Positions 46,620 through 56,828 of a DNA stretch of 64,000 nt are shown piece after piece. Numbering within the stretch: the first letter of the stretch is position 1; each line of letters begins with the position of its first letter. Position numbers and translations under genes: made by a program. Under the pieces are notes generated by a model, which saw only the letters and a program-made list of their open reading frames with translations, made no database searches and was not told the DNA's origin. Location of the stretch: assembly GCF_044324875.1 (NCBI RefSeq), contig NZ_CP172185.1; one strand, written 5' to 3'. Origin of the DNA: Escherichia coli. Lineage in GTDB: Bacteria; Pseudomonadota; Gammaproteobacteria; Enterobacterales; Enterobacteriaceae.

Positions 46620-48707
46620 ATGCGAATAACCACTCTGGCTTCAGTAGCCATCCCTTGTCTCGGATTTTCAGTCAGCAGCATGGCTGCGGAAGATGTGATG
46701 ATAGTCACCGCATCCGGCTATGAAAAAAAATTAACCAGTGCAGCTGCGAGTGTTTCGGTGATCAGTCAGGAGGACTTGCGATCCAGCCAGTATCATGATC
46801 TTGGGGAGGCACTGAGATCCGTAGAGGGGGTGGATGTTGAAAGCGGTACGGGTAAAACCGGTGGACTGGAAATCAGCATCCGTGGAATGCCTGCCAGTTA
46901 TACGCTGATACTGATTGATGGTGTCCGTCAGGGCGGGAGCAGAGACGTAACCCCGAACGGTTTTTCTGCCATGAACACGGGGTTTATGCCACCTCTGGCC
47001 GCCATCGAACGTATTGAGATTATCAGGGGCCCCATGTCCACTCTGTACGGCTCTGATGCCATGGGGGGCGTGGTGAATATCATCACCAAAAAGAATGCAG
47101 ACAAATGGCATTCTTCAGTTAATGCCGGGCTGAACCTGCAGGAAAGTAACAAATGGGGGAACAGCAGCCAGTTTAATTTCTGGAGCAGCGGCCCCCTGGT
47201 GGATAATTCTCTCAGCCTGCAGGTACGTGGCAGCACGCAGCAGCGACAGGGCTCATCGGTCACATCACTGAGCGGCACCTCAGCCACGCGCATCCCTTAT
47301 CCAACAGAGTCACAGAATTATAATGCAGGTGCTCGTCTTGACTGGAAAGCAACGGACAAGGATATGTTCTGGCTTGATATGGATACTGCACGACAGCGTT
47401 ATGATAACCGGGACGGCCAGCTGGGCAGCCTTACTGGCGGTTATGATCGTACCCTGCGCTATGAACGTAATAAAATTTCGGCAGGTTATGATCATGCATT
47501 CACCTTCGGAACCTGGAAGTCATCCCTGAACTGGAATGAGACGGAAAATAAAGGCCGTCAGCTTGTACGCAGCGTACTGAAGCGTGATAAATGGGGACTT
47601 GCCGGCCAGCCGAGGGAGCTTAAGGAGTCGAATTTTATCCTGAATTCCTTACTGCTTGCACCTGTGGGTGAATCTCACCTGGTTACTGTCGGTGGTGAGT
47701 ACCAGAACTCATCCATGAAAGACGGGGTTGTTCTCACCAGTACAGGCGAAACCTTCCGGCAGAAAAGCTGGTCGGCATTTGTTGAGGATGAGTGGCATAT
47801 CACGGATGCGGTTGCACTGACTGTGGGCAGTCGTTATGAACATCATGAGGTGTTCGGAGGACACCTCAGTCCGCGGGCATATATGGTCTGGGATGTGGCT
47901 GATGAGTGGACGCTGAAAGGTGGGGTGACCACGGGATATAAGGCACCCGGCATGGGGCAGTTACATAAGGGGATCAGCGGTGTGTCCGGTCAGGGGCGTA
48001 CGAATCTTCTCGGTAACCCGGACCTGAAGCCGGAGGAGAGTGTCAGCTATGAAGCGGGCGTGTATTACGATAATCATGCCGGTCTGAACGCCAATATCAC
48101 GGGCTTTATGACAGAGTTCTCCAACAAGATCGTATCTTATTCTATTGATGATAATACCCGCAGCTATACAAACAGCGGAAAGGCCAGGACTCAGGGTGTG
48201 GAGTTTGCCGGCACACTGCCTCTGTGGTCAGAGGATGTGACGCTGTCTCTGAATTATACCTGGACGCAGAGTGAACAACGGGATGGGGATAATAAAGGTG
48301 CACCACTGAGTTACACCCCTGAGCATATGGTGAATGCGAAACTGAACTGGCAGATTACTGAAGATGTGTCATCATGGCTGGGTGCCCGTTACCGCGGGAA
48401 AACGCCACGTTTCACCCAGAATTATTCGTCACTCTCAGCTGTACAGAAGAAAGTGTATGATGAGAAAGGTGAATATCTGAAAGCCTGGACGGTACTGGAT
48501 GCGGGCATGTCGTGGAAAGTGACGGATGCACTGACGCTGAATGCAGCGGTGAATAATGTGCTTAACAAGGATTACAGTGACGTAAGTCTGTATCGTGCCG
48601 GCAGTGGTACGCTTTATGCGGGTGATTACTTCCAGACGGGGGCATCGACAACAGGTTATGTGATACCGGAGAGAAATTACTGGATGTCGCTGAGCTATCA
48701 GTTCTGA
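46620..48707 (+). CDS. TonB-dependent catecholate-type siderophore receptor (CirA/IrgA/IreA-like)
   Basis: Signal peptide, TonB box DVMIVTA, plug motifs RGPMSTLYGSDAMGGVVNIITKK, C-terminal ...YWMSLSYQF. Collinear with the CirA I remember. Confidence 0.85.
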   Translation: MRITTLASVAIPCLGFSVSSMAAEDVMIVTASGYEKKLTSAAASVSVISQEDLRSSQYHDLGEALRSVEGVDVESGTGKTGGLEISIRGMPASYTLILIDGVRQGGSRDVTPNGFSAMNTGFMPPLAAIERIEIIRGPMSTLYGSDAMGGVVNIITKKNADKWHSSVNAGLNLQESNKWGNSSQFNFWSSGPLVDNSLSLQVRGSTQQRQGSSVTSLSGTSATRIPYPTESQNYNAGARLDWKATDKDMFWLDMDTARQRYDNRDGQLGSLTGGYDRTLRYERNKISAGYDHAFTFGTWKSSLNWNETENKGRQLVRSVLKRDKWGLAGQPRELKESNFILNSLLLAPVGESHLVTVGGEYQNSSMKDGVVLTSTGETFRQKSWSAFVEDEWHITDAVALTVGSRYEHHEVFGGHLSPRAYMVWDVADEWTLKGGVTTGYKAPGMGQLHKGISGVSGQGRTNLLGNPDLKPEESVSYEAGVYYDNHAGLNANITGFMTEFSNKIVSYSIDDNTRSYTNSGKARTQGVEFAGTLPLWSEDVTLSLNYTWTQSEQRDGDNKGAPLSYTPEHMVNAKLNWQITEDVSSWLGARYRGKTPRFTQNYSSLSAVQKKVYDEKGEYLKAWTVLDAGMSWKVTDALTLNAAVNNVLNKDYSDVSLYRAGSGTLYAGDYFQTGASTTGYVIPERNYWMSLSYQF

Positions 48708-48805
48708 TAACAACAAAACCGATATAACGCACAGTAAAATGTAAACATGCTGCTGCTGTCACTGCAGGCAGTGGCAGCAGCGTATAACCGCAGATGTTTG
48801 TCCAT

Positions 48806-48895
48806 GTGGTGGATGCGGTCGATCTGTTCTGTCTGCTGCTCTGGCTGTGTGATGGCGGGCAGGAAGCCTGAAAAAACTGCCGCTACTGGCAACTG
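48806..48895 (+). repeat. Direct repeat B (displaced 3' gene fragment encoding VVDAVDLFCLLLWLCDGGQEA*)
   Basis: Aligns with 46399-46491. Confidence 0.85.
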
Positions 48896-49244
48896 TGTCG
48901 TGGTGGCATGTTACTGGCAGGTGGTTTACGGAGTATGGGCCCAATTCTGGCCTGCCGGAACATGCCCTTATAACCTTTAACACAGCGGTTACATAAAAAA
49001 CAATGTCTTTTGTGCACAGCAGTATTGTGGCTGAAAGTGAAATAAAAGCGCGATATTATACTGCTTCGCGTCCGGTTGTCATTATCATGGATAGTGCGTT
49101 ATGTTTATAAAGGCGTGACGGACGCTTAATTCTCACGCAACGCACCCCTCTTAAATTTTCAGTTTCCGGTTTTGAATTTATTGCTGCTATTGGTGCTGCT
49201 TATGCGCACGCTGTAAGTCGGATATTGTCTGACGGAGGCGTACA

Positions 49245-49640
49245 ATGTACCGGATTTTCTGTTCCCTGTTTTTCCTGCCGCTGGCAGCGTCTGCCGGCAC
49301 AACAATTTATACCGATTCTCAGCACCTCCCCGTTAATCCTCCCGATGGTGTCAGGGTGGTTCTGCTGGATGCACCGGAGCAGCTTCAGACCCGCTTTTTT
49401 GGCACGTTGCCTGCTGATGCGGATAAGGCTGAAGCGGTGGTCAGGGCACGTATGCAGTCTCCCGAATGGCAGATGATGCAGGCGGAACTGGCTGCTCATT
49501 ACCGCGATGTGGCACATGCCTGGTCGCTGGGCGTGAAGAAATATCCTGCCGTGGTGTTTGATGACAGTGAGGTGGTTTACGGCATCACGGATGTGGTGGT
49601 GGCCGGGAAACTCCGTACTGAGGGAGGAGTTCAGCCATGA
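49245..49640 (+). CDS. PFL_4709-family-like periplasmic ICE protein
   Basis: Signal peptide ...LAASAGT. Immediately upstream of the TraU-like gene. Confidence 0.55.
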   Translation: MYRIFCSLFFLPLAASAGTTIYTDSQHLPVNPPDGVRVVLLDAPEQLQTRFFGTLPADADKAEAVVRARMQSPEWQMMQAELAAHYRDVAHAWSLGVKKYPAVVFDDSEVVYGITDVVVAGKLRTEGGVQP

Positions 49641-50611
49641 TGACCCTGAAAAGTCGTCTGCGTGCCTGCGTACTGTTACTGAGTGTGGCATCACTGCCTC
49701 TGGCGTCTGCGTCACTGAATACTGCCAGCATTATCGCCAGTGCGGCGGCACCGGACTGTATCAGCTGGCGTGTCAGCGGGATTTGTTACTGGCTTTACTG
49801 CAGCGCGTCTGGCTGTACGGTCAGAACTTCCGTGAAGGTGACACATTTCATCCCGGAAGTGGTTATTTCCACCTATACGGCACCGGGTGGTAATCCCTGG
49901 AAAGAGATGTCGCTGGTCAGCCGGACCGCAGGTGGCCCGGAGAATGCCATCACTGACGGCCTGTCCGGGCTGAGTGCCGGCGGGGGAAATCCGGCGGATA
50001 TGAAAATACAGGGGAAGCGCCGTTCAGCCATTCGTTTCAAATACGCAGATGCGCTGGGTCATCCGGCCACACAGCTTATCGGCGGGATGGTACCCGGATT
50101 CAGCTGTGATTCACCGGTGACACCGGCCATGCCCTATTTCCTCAGTACCCTGGACAGCATCGTCTGGCGAACGGGATTACCTGAATCCCTGTATCCAGAG
50201 GCACAGGTTCCCGGCAAACGCGAGATTGGCACCCAGGCCGATAAAAACATGTGGGGGAGCGTTTATCCCCGGAGTGGTTTTGTGATGCAGACCGATGATG
50301 ACCGGGCAGCGGCGGTGGTGGCCCAGCGGGTGGCCGACATTATCACGCGGACGGGGGAGCCGCATGTCTACAGGGAGGTTAAGGGCGTGAAACGTGACGG
50401 CTACTGGCCCCCGGAGGCGGTGGAGGAAAACACCGGCACCCGAAATCACAAATGGCAGCGACTGACGCCGTCAGTGTCGCGTTCCTGTGCCGTTTTCCCG
50501 GATGGTGAACATCAGGCAGCGGAGAACGGTAATGCCGCCTTTTCACTGTGGCAGCCCTATAGCTGCTGTAAAAAGCGCGGGCAGCGATTTCTTGGCAGTA
50601 CGAATTTTTAA
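49637..50611 (+). CDS. TraU-like ICE protein (PFL_4710 class)
   Basis: Signal peptide. Cys-rich CISWRVSGICYWLYCSASGC. Confidence 0.65.
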   Translation: MMTLKSRLRACVLLLSVASLPLASASLNTASIIASAAAPDCISWRVSGICYWLYCSASGCTVRTSVKVTHFIPEVVISTYTAPGGNPWKEMSLVSRTAGGPENAITDGLSGLSAGGGNPADMKIQGKRRSAIRFKYADALGHPATQLIGGMVPGFSCDSPVTPAMPYFLSTLDSIVWRTGLPESLYPEAQVPGKREIGTQADKNMWGSVYPRSGFVMQTDDDRAAAVVAQRVADIITRTGEPHVYREVKGVKRDGYWPPEAVEENTGTRNHKWQRLTPSVSRSCAVFPDGEHQAAENGNAAFSLWQPYSCCKKRGQRFLGSTNF

Positions 50612-50617
50612 GGAACC

Positions 50618-52039
50618 ATGATGATGAAGATGAAAACAGGTGTGGTGGCACTGAGTGTGATGCTGTGCTGCAGTACTCCGGTGATGGCTGATCTTCTTTC
50701 TCTGCCGAAACTGAATGACAGCACGTTCGGTTACGGGAAATCCGTTGATGGCGCCGTATCCGACAAACTGTTCTATACGCTGGGTGGCGGCTCGGTGATC
50801 TCACAGCCGGCCACGCGCAGCAACATGCAGAAGCTGGGTATGGACCTGGGCTGGAGCAGCGATCTGATGTGCGGCAACTTTGACCTGAAGACCACGGTGG
50901 GTAATCAGCTTAACGGCGTGACTGAAGGCTTTAAAAATCTGATGGGGGATGTGATTCAGGGGGCGACCGGCGCCGTTGCCAGTCTGCCGGCGATGGTGAT
51001 ACAGCGTGCCAATCCAGGCCTGTACGACATGATCACCAACGGTGTGCTGCAGGCGAATGTGGCTTTCGACAAGGCGCAACTGAACTGCCAGAACATGGCA
51101 AAACGGATGATGGACTTTTCTGATCGCAGCAAATGGACGCAGGCTGCGATGCTGGAAGAGTACAAGAAGGTGGTGAACAGCGGTGACGGTGATGCGGTGA
51201 AAGGGGATGAGGCCGGGCGTCAGGCCACCGGGAAGGAGGGTAAGAAATGGATTGGCGGACAGCAGCGCGGCGGGGCAGGTCAGCCCGCCATCCGGCCGGT
51301 GCATGATCTGACAGCGGCCGGGTTTAACATGATGAACAGTCTGCCCGTGACCAGTAGGGCCAGCGTCAGTGCCGGTAACTGTAACGGCAGCGCCTGTGAG
51401 ATGTTCCGGAATGCAGAAGAGGCCGCTAAGGCGGTGGTAAAGGTGCTGGGTGATCGTACCATGCGCACCTGTACGGATGCGAAGGCCTGTACCAGCGGGG
51501 ATAATGAACAGCAACAGGGAACCGTTGCAGGAACGGGGTTTGCGCCGGTGCTGGAAGAGGCGACTAGGGTGAACACGGAACAATTGGTCCGTCTGGTGAA
51601 TGGTCAGGAAAAACCCACTGCAGAGAATCTGGCAAAACTGAAAACCGGCAGTCTGGCTGTATCTGCAGGGGTGATCCATGCCCTGCGTCGTGACCCGGAC
51701 AATATGTCCCTGACGTCACGGCTGGCGGGAGAACTGGCGATGGCGCATACCGTGGAAACGGCTCTGGTGATGCGCAGAATGCTGCTCACCGGGATGTCTG
51801 AGCCGTACGCGGCCGCAGAAGATGCCGCGATTCAGGAAGGCGACCGGCGTATCGCTGCACTGGACAGGGAAATCATGGCGCTGAAGAACGAGATGGAGCT
51901 GAAACGCGATCTGGCACGTAACAGCGTGCTGACCATCATTGAACGCGACAATGAGCGCGTGGGCAGCAACCCGATGATCCAGCCTGCAGACAATACTGAC
52001 AGTCGTGTCCGGGCACTGGACATTCCGGACGGGGAGTAA
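50618..52039 (+). CDS. PFL_4711-family-like periplasmic ICE protein
   Basis: Signal peptide ...TPVMADL. 473 aa. Confidence 0.55.
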   Translation: MMMKMKTGVVALSVMLCCSTPVMADLLSLPKLNDSTFGYGKSVDGAVSDKLFYTLGGGSVISQPATRSNMQKLGMDLGWSSDLMCGNFDLKTTVGNQLNGVTEGFKNLMGDVIQGATGAVASLPAMVIQRANPGLYDMITNGVLQANVAFDKAQLNCQNMAKRMMDFSDRSKWTQAAMLEEYKKVVNSGDGDAVKGDEAGRQATGKEGKKWIGGQQRGGAGQPAIRPVHDLTAAGFNMMNSLPVTSRASVSAGNCNGSACEMFRNAEEAAKAVVKVLGDRTMRTCTDAKACTSGDNEQQQGTVAGTGFAPVLEEATRVNTEQLVRLVNGQEKPTAENLAKLKTGSLAVSAGVIHALRRDPDNMSLTSRLAGELAMAHTVETALVMRRMLLTGMSEPYAAAEDAAIQEGDRRIAALDREIMALKNEMELKRDLARNSVLTIIERDNERVGSNPMIQPADNTDSRVRALDIPDGE

Positions 52040-52043
52040 GCGT

Positions 52044-52403
52044 ATGGCGATGACTCAGGGGACAAAAGCGGGGCTGGTTCTGAAGGGCGTTAAGGTGGCC
52101 GGCATGTGGCTGTCGGGCCTTATTGCCATGATGATTCTGGCCCTCCTGGTGGCTGATACGGGCATGCGGAATACGCAGGAAGTGGAAGCATTACGGCTCT
52201 GGCTCCACGAGACACGTTTCGGATGGCTGGGGTGGCGGGTGTGCCTCTACGGTGCGCTGGCATGGGGATGCCGGAAAACCTGGCGTGCGCCGGGGTTCAG
52301 ACCGGAATACCGCCGTCCCTTTGCGCGGATTTGTCTGGTCAGTGCCCTGTTTGCGTTACTTTGCGAGTACAGCATTTTTTTCGGACCGGGGGTTGAACTG
52401 TGA
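52044..52403 (+). CDS. ICE membrane protein
   Basis: GGGGAG upstream of ATG 52044. Three TM helices. Confidence 0.5.
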   Translation: MAMTQGTKAGLVLKGVKVAGMWLSGLIAMMILALLVADTGMRNTQEVEALRLWLHETRFGWLGWRVCLYGALAWGCRKTWRAPGFRPEYRRPFARICLVSALFALLCEYSIFFGPGVEL

Positions 52404-53923
52404 CCACGAATAACTATCTGGAACACTTTCTGACCCTGCTGGGCTGGCTGGTGAATAATGGCCTGTGGGATCTGCTGACGGGGACGGGGCTGTTTGCCCT
52501 GCCACTGGCCTTCAGGGTTATCGGGATCTGGCTGAAAGTGCGGGAAGAGGGGGCGGATGAGGGAAATAAAGGGATGCTCTCACTGCCCCGCATTGAGCAT
52601 GCCCTGTATGGTGCATTTTTTGTGATGGTGGCCTGTTGTGTGCCGCTGGTACAGGTGACGCTGGACACGCTGAAATTTGATCGCAGCCGTGCCCAGACCT
52701 GCGGTGTGTGGACACCGAAAGCACCCGGTGATACCGGGTACAGCGGGGTGATCAGCAGCCTGGGTGACAGGACAGCGGCCGCCCCGGTGTGGTGGGTGGT
52801 GGTGCATAAACTCTCCAAAGGTGTGACGCAGGCTGCTGTGGCTTCCATTCCCTGCCGGCCGGATATACGGCAACTGCGTTTTGAGGTGCAGCGGACATTC
52901 ATTGCGAACCGGGCGCTGGCCGACGAGCTGCAGGATTTCACCAACGACTGTTACTCGCTGGCGCTATATCAGTGGAAGCAGCGTGACCAGGGGATGACGA
53001 AGGACAGGAAGCTGCTTTCGGATATCAGCTGGATTGGCAGCAGTACGTTCATGCAGGGTGACTACGGAACACTGCAGTCGAAAATGCCACGTGCGGCATT
53101 CCCGTGGAATAGCGCCCGTGACAGCGGCCGTCCGGATACGGGACGGGGTGGTTATCCCACATGCCGTGAATGGTGGAGTGACAGTAGTGTCGGGCTGAAG
53201 AAGCGGGTGACAGGGGAAGTCGATGAAGGACTGTGGTTGCGTATTTCGGCGGCAATGAAAATGCTGGGGAACGCGCAGGCGAACTACCAGGAGGAAATCA
53301 TCAAACGTCTGGTGAGTCCGGCGAACCTGACCCTGTCACAGGGTGGTGAGGTGTACCGCGGCTATGGCGGTAATGCAGATATGACGGCGGCGAATGCGGT
53401 CACGCGTGCAGCAGGCACGGCGGGGTCTGCCGTTGCGAGTCTGGCAGCGTTTCCGGCGTTTGATGCGATGCGGCAGGCGCTGCCGATGGTGCAGAGTATT
53501 CTGCTGATGGCGGTGTATATCATGCTTCCGTTGATTCTGGCGTTTGCGGCGTATGAATTCAGCACGCTGATCACACTGACGTTTGTGGTGTTTGCGCTGA
53601 ACTTCCTGACGTTCTGGTGGGAGCTGGCGCGGTGGCTTGACAGCTGGATGCTGACGGCCTTGTACAGTTCGGACACGCATTCCCGAGTGAACATGATGGG
53701 GCTGCAGAACACGTCGGATGATATCATCATGAATTTTGTGATGGGCACGATGTTTATTATATTGCCAGCGGTGTGGCTTGGGGCTTTATCCTGGGCGGGT
53801 ATTAGCGCAGGTGTTGCTATTGCTAATGCAGCCAGAGATGGAACAAGTGCAGCACATCAAGCAGCTTCAAAGGCAGGAGATCTTGTTGGGAAAGTAGGAA
53901 ATTCTTTAGGTAAAAATCAATAA
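52400..53923 (+). CDS. TraG N-terminal-domain conjugal transfer membrane protein
   Basis: GTGA coupling. Polytopic. 507 aa. Last gene of the high-GC T4SS block. Confidence 0.7.
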   Translation: MTTNNYLEHFLTLLGWLVNNGLWDLLTGTGLFALPLAFRVIGIWLKVREEGADEGNKGMLSLPRIEHALYGAFFVMVACCVPLVQVTLDTLKFDRSRAQTCGVWTPKAPGDTGYSGVISSLGDRTAAAPVWWVVVHKLSKGVTQAAVASIPCRPDIRQLRFEVQRTFIANRALADELQDFTNDCYSLALYQWKQRDQGMTKDRKLLSDISWIGSSTFMQGDYGTLQSKMPRAAFPWNSARDSGRPDTGRGGYPTCREWWSDSSVGLKKRVTGEVDEGLWLRISAAMKMLGNAQANYQEEIIKRLVSPANLTLSQGGEVYRGYGGNADMTAANAVTRAAGTAGSAVASLAAFPAFDAMRQALPMVQSILLMAVYIMLPLILAFAAYEFSTLITLTFVVFALNFLTFWWELARWLDSWMLTALYSSDTHSRVNMMGLQNTSDDIIMNFVMGTMFIILPAVWLGALSWAGISAGVAIANAARDGTSAAHQAASKAGDLVGKVGNSLGKNQ

Positions 53924-53970
53924 ATGGAAAAGAAAATAGCGTTTGTCGGAGTACAAACGCTATTAAAATT

Positions 53971-54177
53971 TTATTTTTGTTCTTCCCATTGTTGATATTC
54001 CCAATAGGGGCGAGAGTCTAAAAAGGCAGGTAATTCATCATTTTTTTCTGGTGAATTTGTCAATTTTATGGAATTTGACAACTCAACAGCCAAAAGTTTT
54101 TTCAGCAGAGAGCTGAAAGTCCATGGGGTATCAGATGTTTTGCAACTCCACATTGCTTTTTCTGTTTCATTGTTCAT
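53971..54177 (-). CDS. Small hypothetical protein
   Basis: 68 aa. Low-GC cargo region. Confidence 0.35.
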   Translation of the reverse strand: MNNETEKAMWSCKTSDTPWTFSSLLKKLLAVELSNSIKLTNSPEKNDELPAFLDSRPYWEYQQWEEQK

Positions 54178-54474
54178 CTCGTGCCTCCTGTAAGTGGATA
54201 ATCATCCTGGTACTATCATACGTGTTGTATGATAAATATTCAATGCTTGCAAATCCAGGTGTAATTGTCTGATTTTACTCTTCTTGCTGTACAGCCTGTG
54301 ATGTGGGCCAGGACGTGGCACTGCATGTCACAATAGCTCCAGGAGCTTCAGTCTCAGCCCTGCTGAACATTGTGTGATTAATTTTTAAAAATGCGAAAAG
54401 AATAATCTCTCTTTTTAGTCGTCCGGCTATGCCTTAATTCTCCCTGAGTCAAAACCTGTATCAGGAGAAGCTGA

Positions 54475-55047
54475 ATGAAAATATCAAAACTGGTTGTTAT
54501 GGCTACAGTATGTTCCACGTTGAGTGCATGCTCTGTGGAAGAGATGGCTGCTGTGAACAAGAAAATCAGTGACGGTGCATTTGCTGTGACGAAAGCGCTC
54601 AACGGGGGAACGGGCTACGCGGATAATGGTATGCCGATCCTTAACAAGCAATTGCCGCCGGAGCAGGATAAACGCGAAAATATTATTGATGTCCCTGTTG
54701 ATGTGGATACCGCAGCAGGCCGACTGAAACGCTATTACAAGTTTTACTCAAATGATGAGGTGAATGCGATACGCAATAACGGCACAACTGACGGAAAATG
54801 GCAGGCAAGTGCGATTATTGACAATGGACATATCTGGGATGCGATGCCGGGCAGTTACTACAAAATGGGAGGAAACTGGCGTAAAAGCAGCTTTGATGAT
54901 CACCTGACGATTGAGGTGGAAAAGAACGGTAAGGGAAGCCGGGTCTATATCACCTATGCTTCAGCTTCTCAGGCGCATTTGCAGGCAAGTTCTCTTGAGC
55001 CTCTGTTTAAGCGAGTGAAGGATGTGGCTGAAGGAAAGGTTCGTTGA
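54475..55047 (+). CDS. Lipoprotein of unknown function
   Basis: Lipobox TLSAC. AGGAGAAG RBS. Confidence 0.6.
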   Translation: MKISKLVVMATVCSTLSACSVEEMAAVNKKISDGAFAVTKALNGGTGYADNGMPILNKQLPPEQDKRENIIDVPVDVDTAAGRLKRYYKFYSNDEVNAIRNNGTTDGKWQASAIIDNGHIWDAMPGSYYKMGGNWRKSSFDDHLTIEVEKNGKGSRVYITYASASQAHLQASSLEPLFKRVKDVAEGKVR

Positions 55048-55270
55048 TGAGCACATCACGGGCAAGCCCTTATGGCTAAAGGAGAGGGAGATTGCCCGTG
55101 GCGGCCCACTTTTTTAATCATTTTTTTACCATGTTGTCCAGTATTTTTACATAAGTGAAACATCTGGTGTTGTTTTCTGTTCATCGTGCTGGAAGTTACA
55201 GGGCTTGTAATTGAACGGGGAGAGATGTAATTTACGTGCGCAAAAATTTTACTCAAGGGGGAGAAAACCG

Positions 55271-55534
55271 ATGAAACCGAATATCCATCCTGAATACCGT
55301 ACTGTGGTGTTCCACGATACCAGTATCGATGAGTACTATAAAATTGGTTCGACCATCAAGACTGAACGTGTGATTGAGCTTGATGGTGTCACCTATCCGT
55401 ACGTAACTATTGACGTTTCCTCTAAGTCGCATCCTTTCTACACCGGCAAACTGAGAACTGTTGCTTCAGAAGGTAACGTGGCGCGCTTTAACCAGCGTTT
55501 CGGGCGTTTTGTTGACACCAAAAAAGGTGCCTGA
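55271..55534 (+). CDS. ykgM: Ribosomal protein L31 type B (zinc-independent paralogue)
   Basis: [31 protein letters not shown]...[28 protein letters not shown] lacks the CxxC zinc motif. Near-identical to the E. coli YkgM I remember. Confidence 0.9.
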   Translation: MKPNIHPEYRTVVFHDTSIDEYYKIGSTIKTERVIELDGVTYPYVTIDVSSKSHPFYTGKLRTVASEGNVARFNQRFGRFVDTKKGA

Positions 55535-55580
55535 CCAGAAATTGATCACAGGCGCGCTTGATACGCAAAAGTATTATTTG
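55469..55580 (+). repeat. Direct repeat 1 (last 21 codons of ykgM plus 46 bp downstream)
   Basis: Aligns with 58864-58975; 101/112 identical by hand count. Confidence 0.9.
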
Positions 55581-55640
55581 TATTATTTCTGATATTTTAT
55601 TTCAAAGGCGGTATTTACCGCCTTAATTAGTTTTATCCGT

Positions 55641-56813
55641 TTATTTATTTCCTTTTGAACGATTATGCGTAACGCAAAGCATTTCGCAATTATCAGGCTT
55701 ACTTTCACCCCCCTTACTCCATGCGGAAACATGGTCGGCTTCCATTTCTTTCAAAGCCCAGATTTTTGTTTTATTGGCATTATCTGAACTGGCGCAAAGG
55801 GGGCAGTTTGAAATACCTTGTTGCTCCGCTTTATCTGTTTGCCTTTTGTAGGCTTGTTTTTTAATTTTTTCATCAAAAAAGCGAATGTTTAATAAACGTT
55901 TATCAGATTGACCACCTAACACATATTCCCAGATGCCTTTAATGTTTTTTACACTATCATCCTGATATAATTTATTGATTTGCGTGGCTAATTCACCTGG
56001 ATTGTATGGTTTGTCTTTATAGGTTTCGTATAAACGCCCCCATTCCAGTCCGCACATTTCTTTTTTTACCTCGGTAAATGTGGTGTTAACCCAGTCAATC
56101 ACGCTATTGAAATAGGTTTTTAATTCCTTGATATTGTCATCATTACGATGGGCATTCATGTATTCGCTGATATTTCCTTTACTGACCCAGTTTAACGCAC
56201 ATTCTAAAATTTCCTGGCGTTTAACATTACCTTTGATGTAAGCACTCCATTTTTGCACATTTGAATTAGCAGAATTACTGAATTCTGCTTTTGCCAGTGT
56301 AACAAATTTGCCCGAATACACCGCATTCAATAATTCTTGTTCATTTAAAGGGACGCCAGTAATATTAATCGTTTTAAACCATTCTTTAATTTCGCTTTCT
56401 GTACCCTTACATTTGTAAATCAGCAAAGTGGTTTGTTTGATTTTCTCTTGTTGGTCTTGCGGTAAACTATGGAAATAGTATGGCGTGCCTTTATCATCTA
56501 TAATGGCGAATTTTCCGGTAACAAACCGCCCAATACTGGTAATGCGCTGCTGACCATCCAGTACTTCAAATGTATCTTCTGTATCTTTGTCAGGTTGATT
56601 AAAATAAATCAAACCGAGCGGATAACCTTTTAATACTGACTGGATAACTGCCACATCTTTCTTACCGTCTGCATAAATATAATTGCGTTGATATTCGGGC
56701 TGAATGGTAAGCTTTCCTGATAAACCAAACAAGCCTTTTCCCTCCAGTTCATTATAAACAAATCCATCGCACAATTGTTCAACGGTGATTGATGTATCTA
56801 ATTGTGTTTTCAT
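55641..56813 (-). CDS. DUF262 (ParB-like nuclease N-terminus, DGQQR) protein with a C-terminal HNH nuclease
   Basis: [14 protein letters not shown]-terminal CPLC...[11 protein letters not shown]...N...[12 protein letters not shown]. Confidence 0.8.
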   Translation of the reverse strand: MKTQLDTSITVEQLCDGFVYNELEGKGLFGLSGKLTIQPEYQRNYIYADGKKDVAVIQSVLKGYPLGLIYFNQPDKDTEDTFEVLDGQQRITSIGRFVTGKFAIIDDKGTPYYFHSLPQDQQEKIKQTTLLIYKCKGTESEIKEWFKTINITGVPLNEQELLNAVYSGKFVTLAKAEFSNSANSNVQKWSAYIKGNVKRQEILECALNWVSKGNISEYMNAHRNDDNIKELKTYFNSVIDWVNTTFTEVKKEMCGLEWGRLYETYKDKPYNPGELATQINKLYQDDSVKNIKGIWEYVLGGQSDKRLLNIRFFDEKIKKQAYKRQTDKAEQQGISNCPLCASSDNANKTKIWALKEMEADHVSAWSKGGESKPDNCEMLCVTHNRSKGNK

Positions 56814-56828
56814 TTTTCACTTTTCCTT

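Noticed and set aside
55150-55270. Zur box upstream of ykgM
   Set aside because: Only a weak near-palindrome (ATGTAATTTACGT at about 55225) was seen. It does not match the remembered GAAATGTTATAWTATAACATTTC-type consensus well enough to call.
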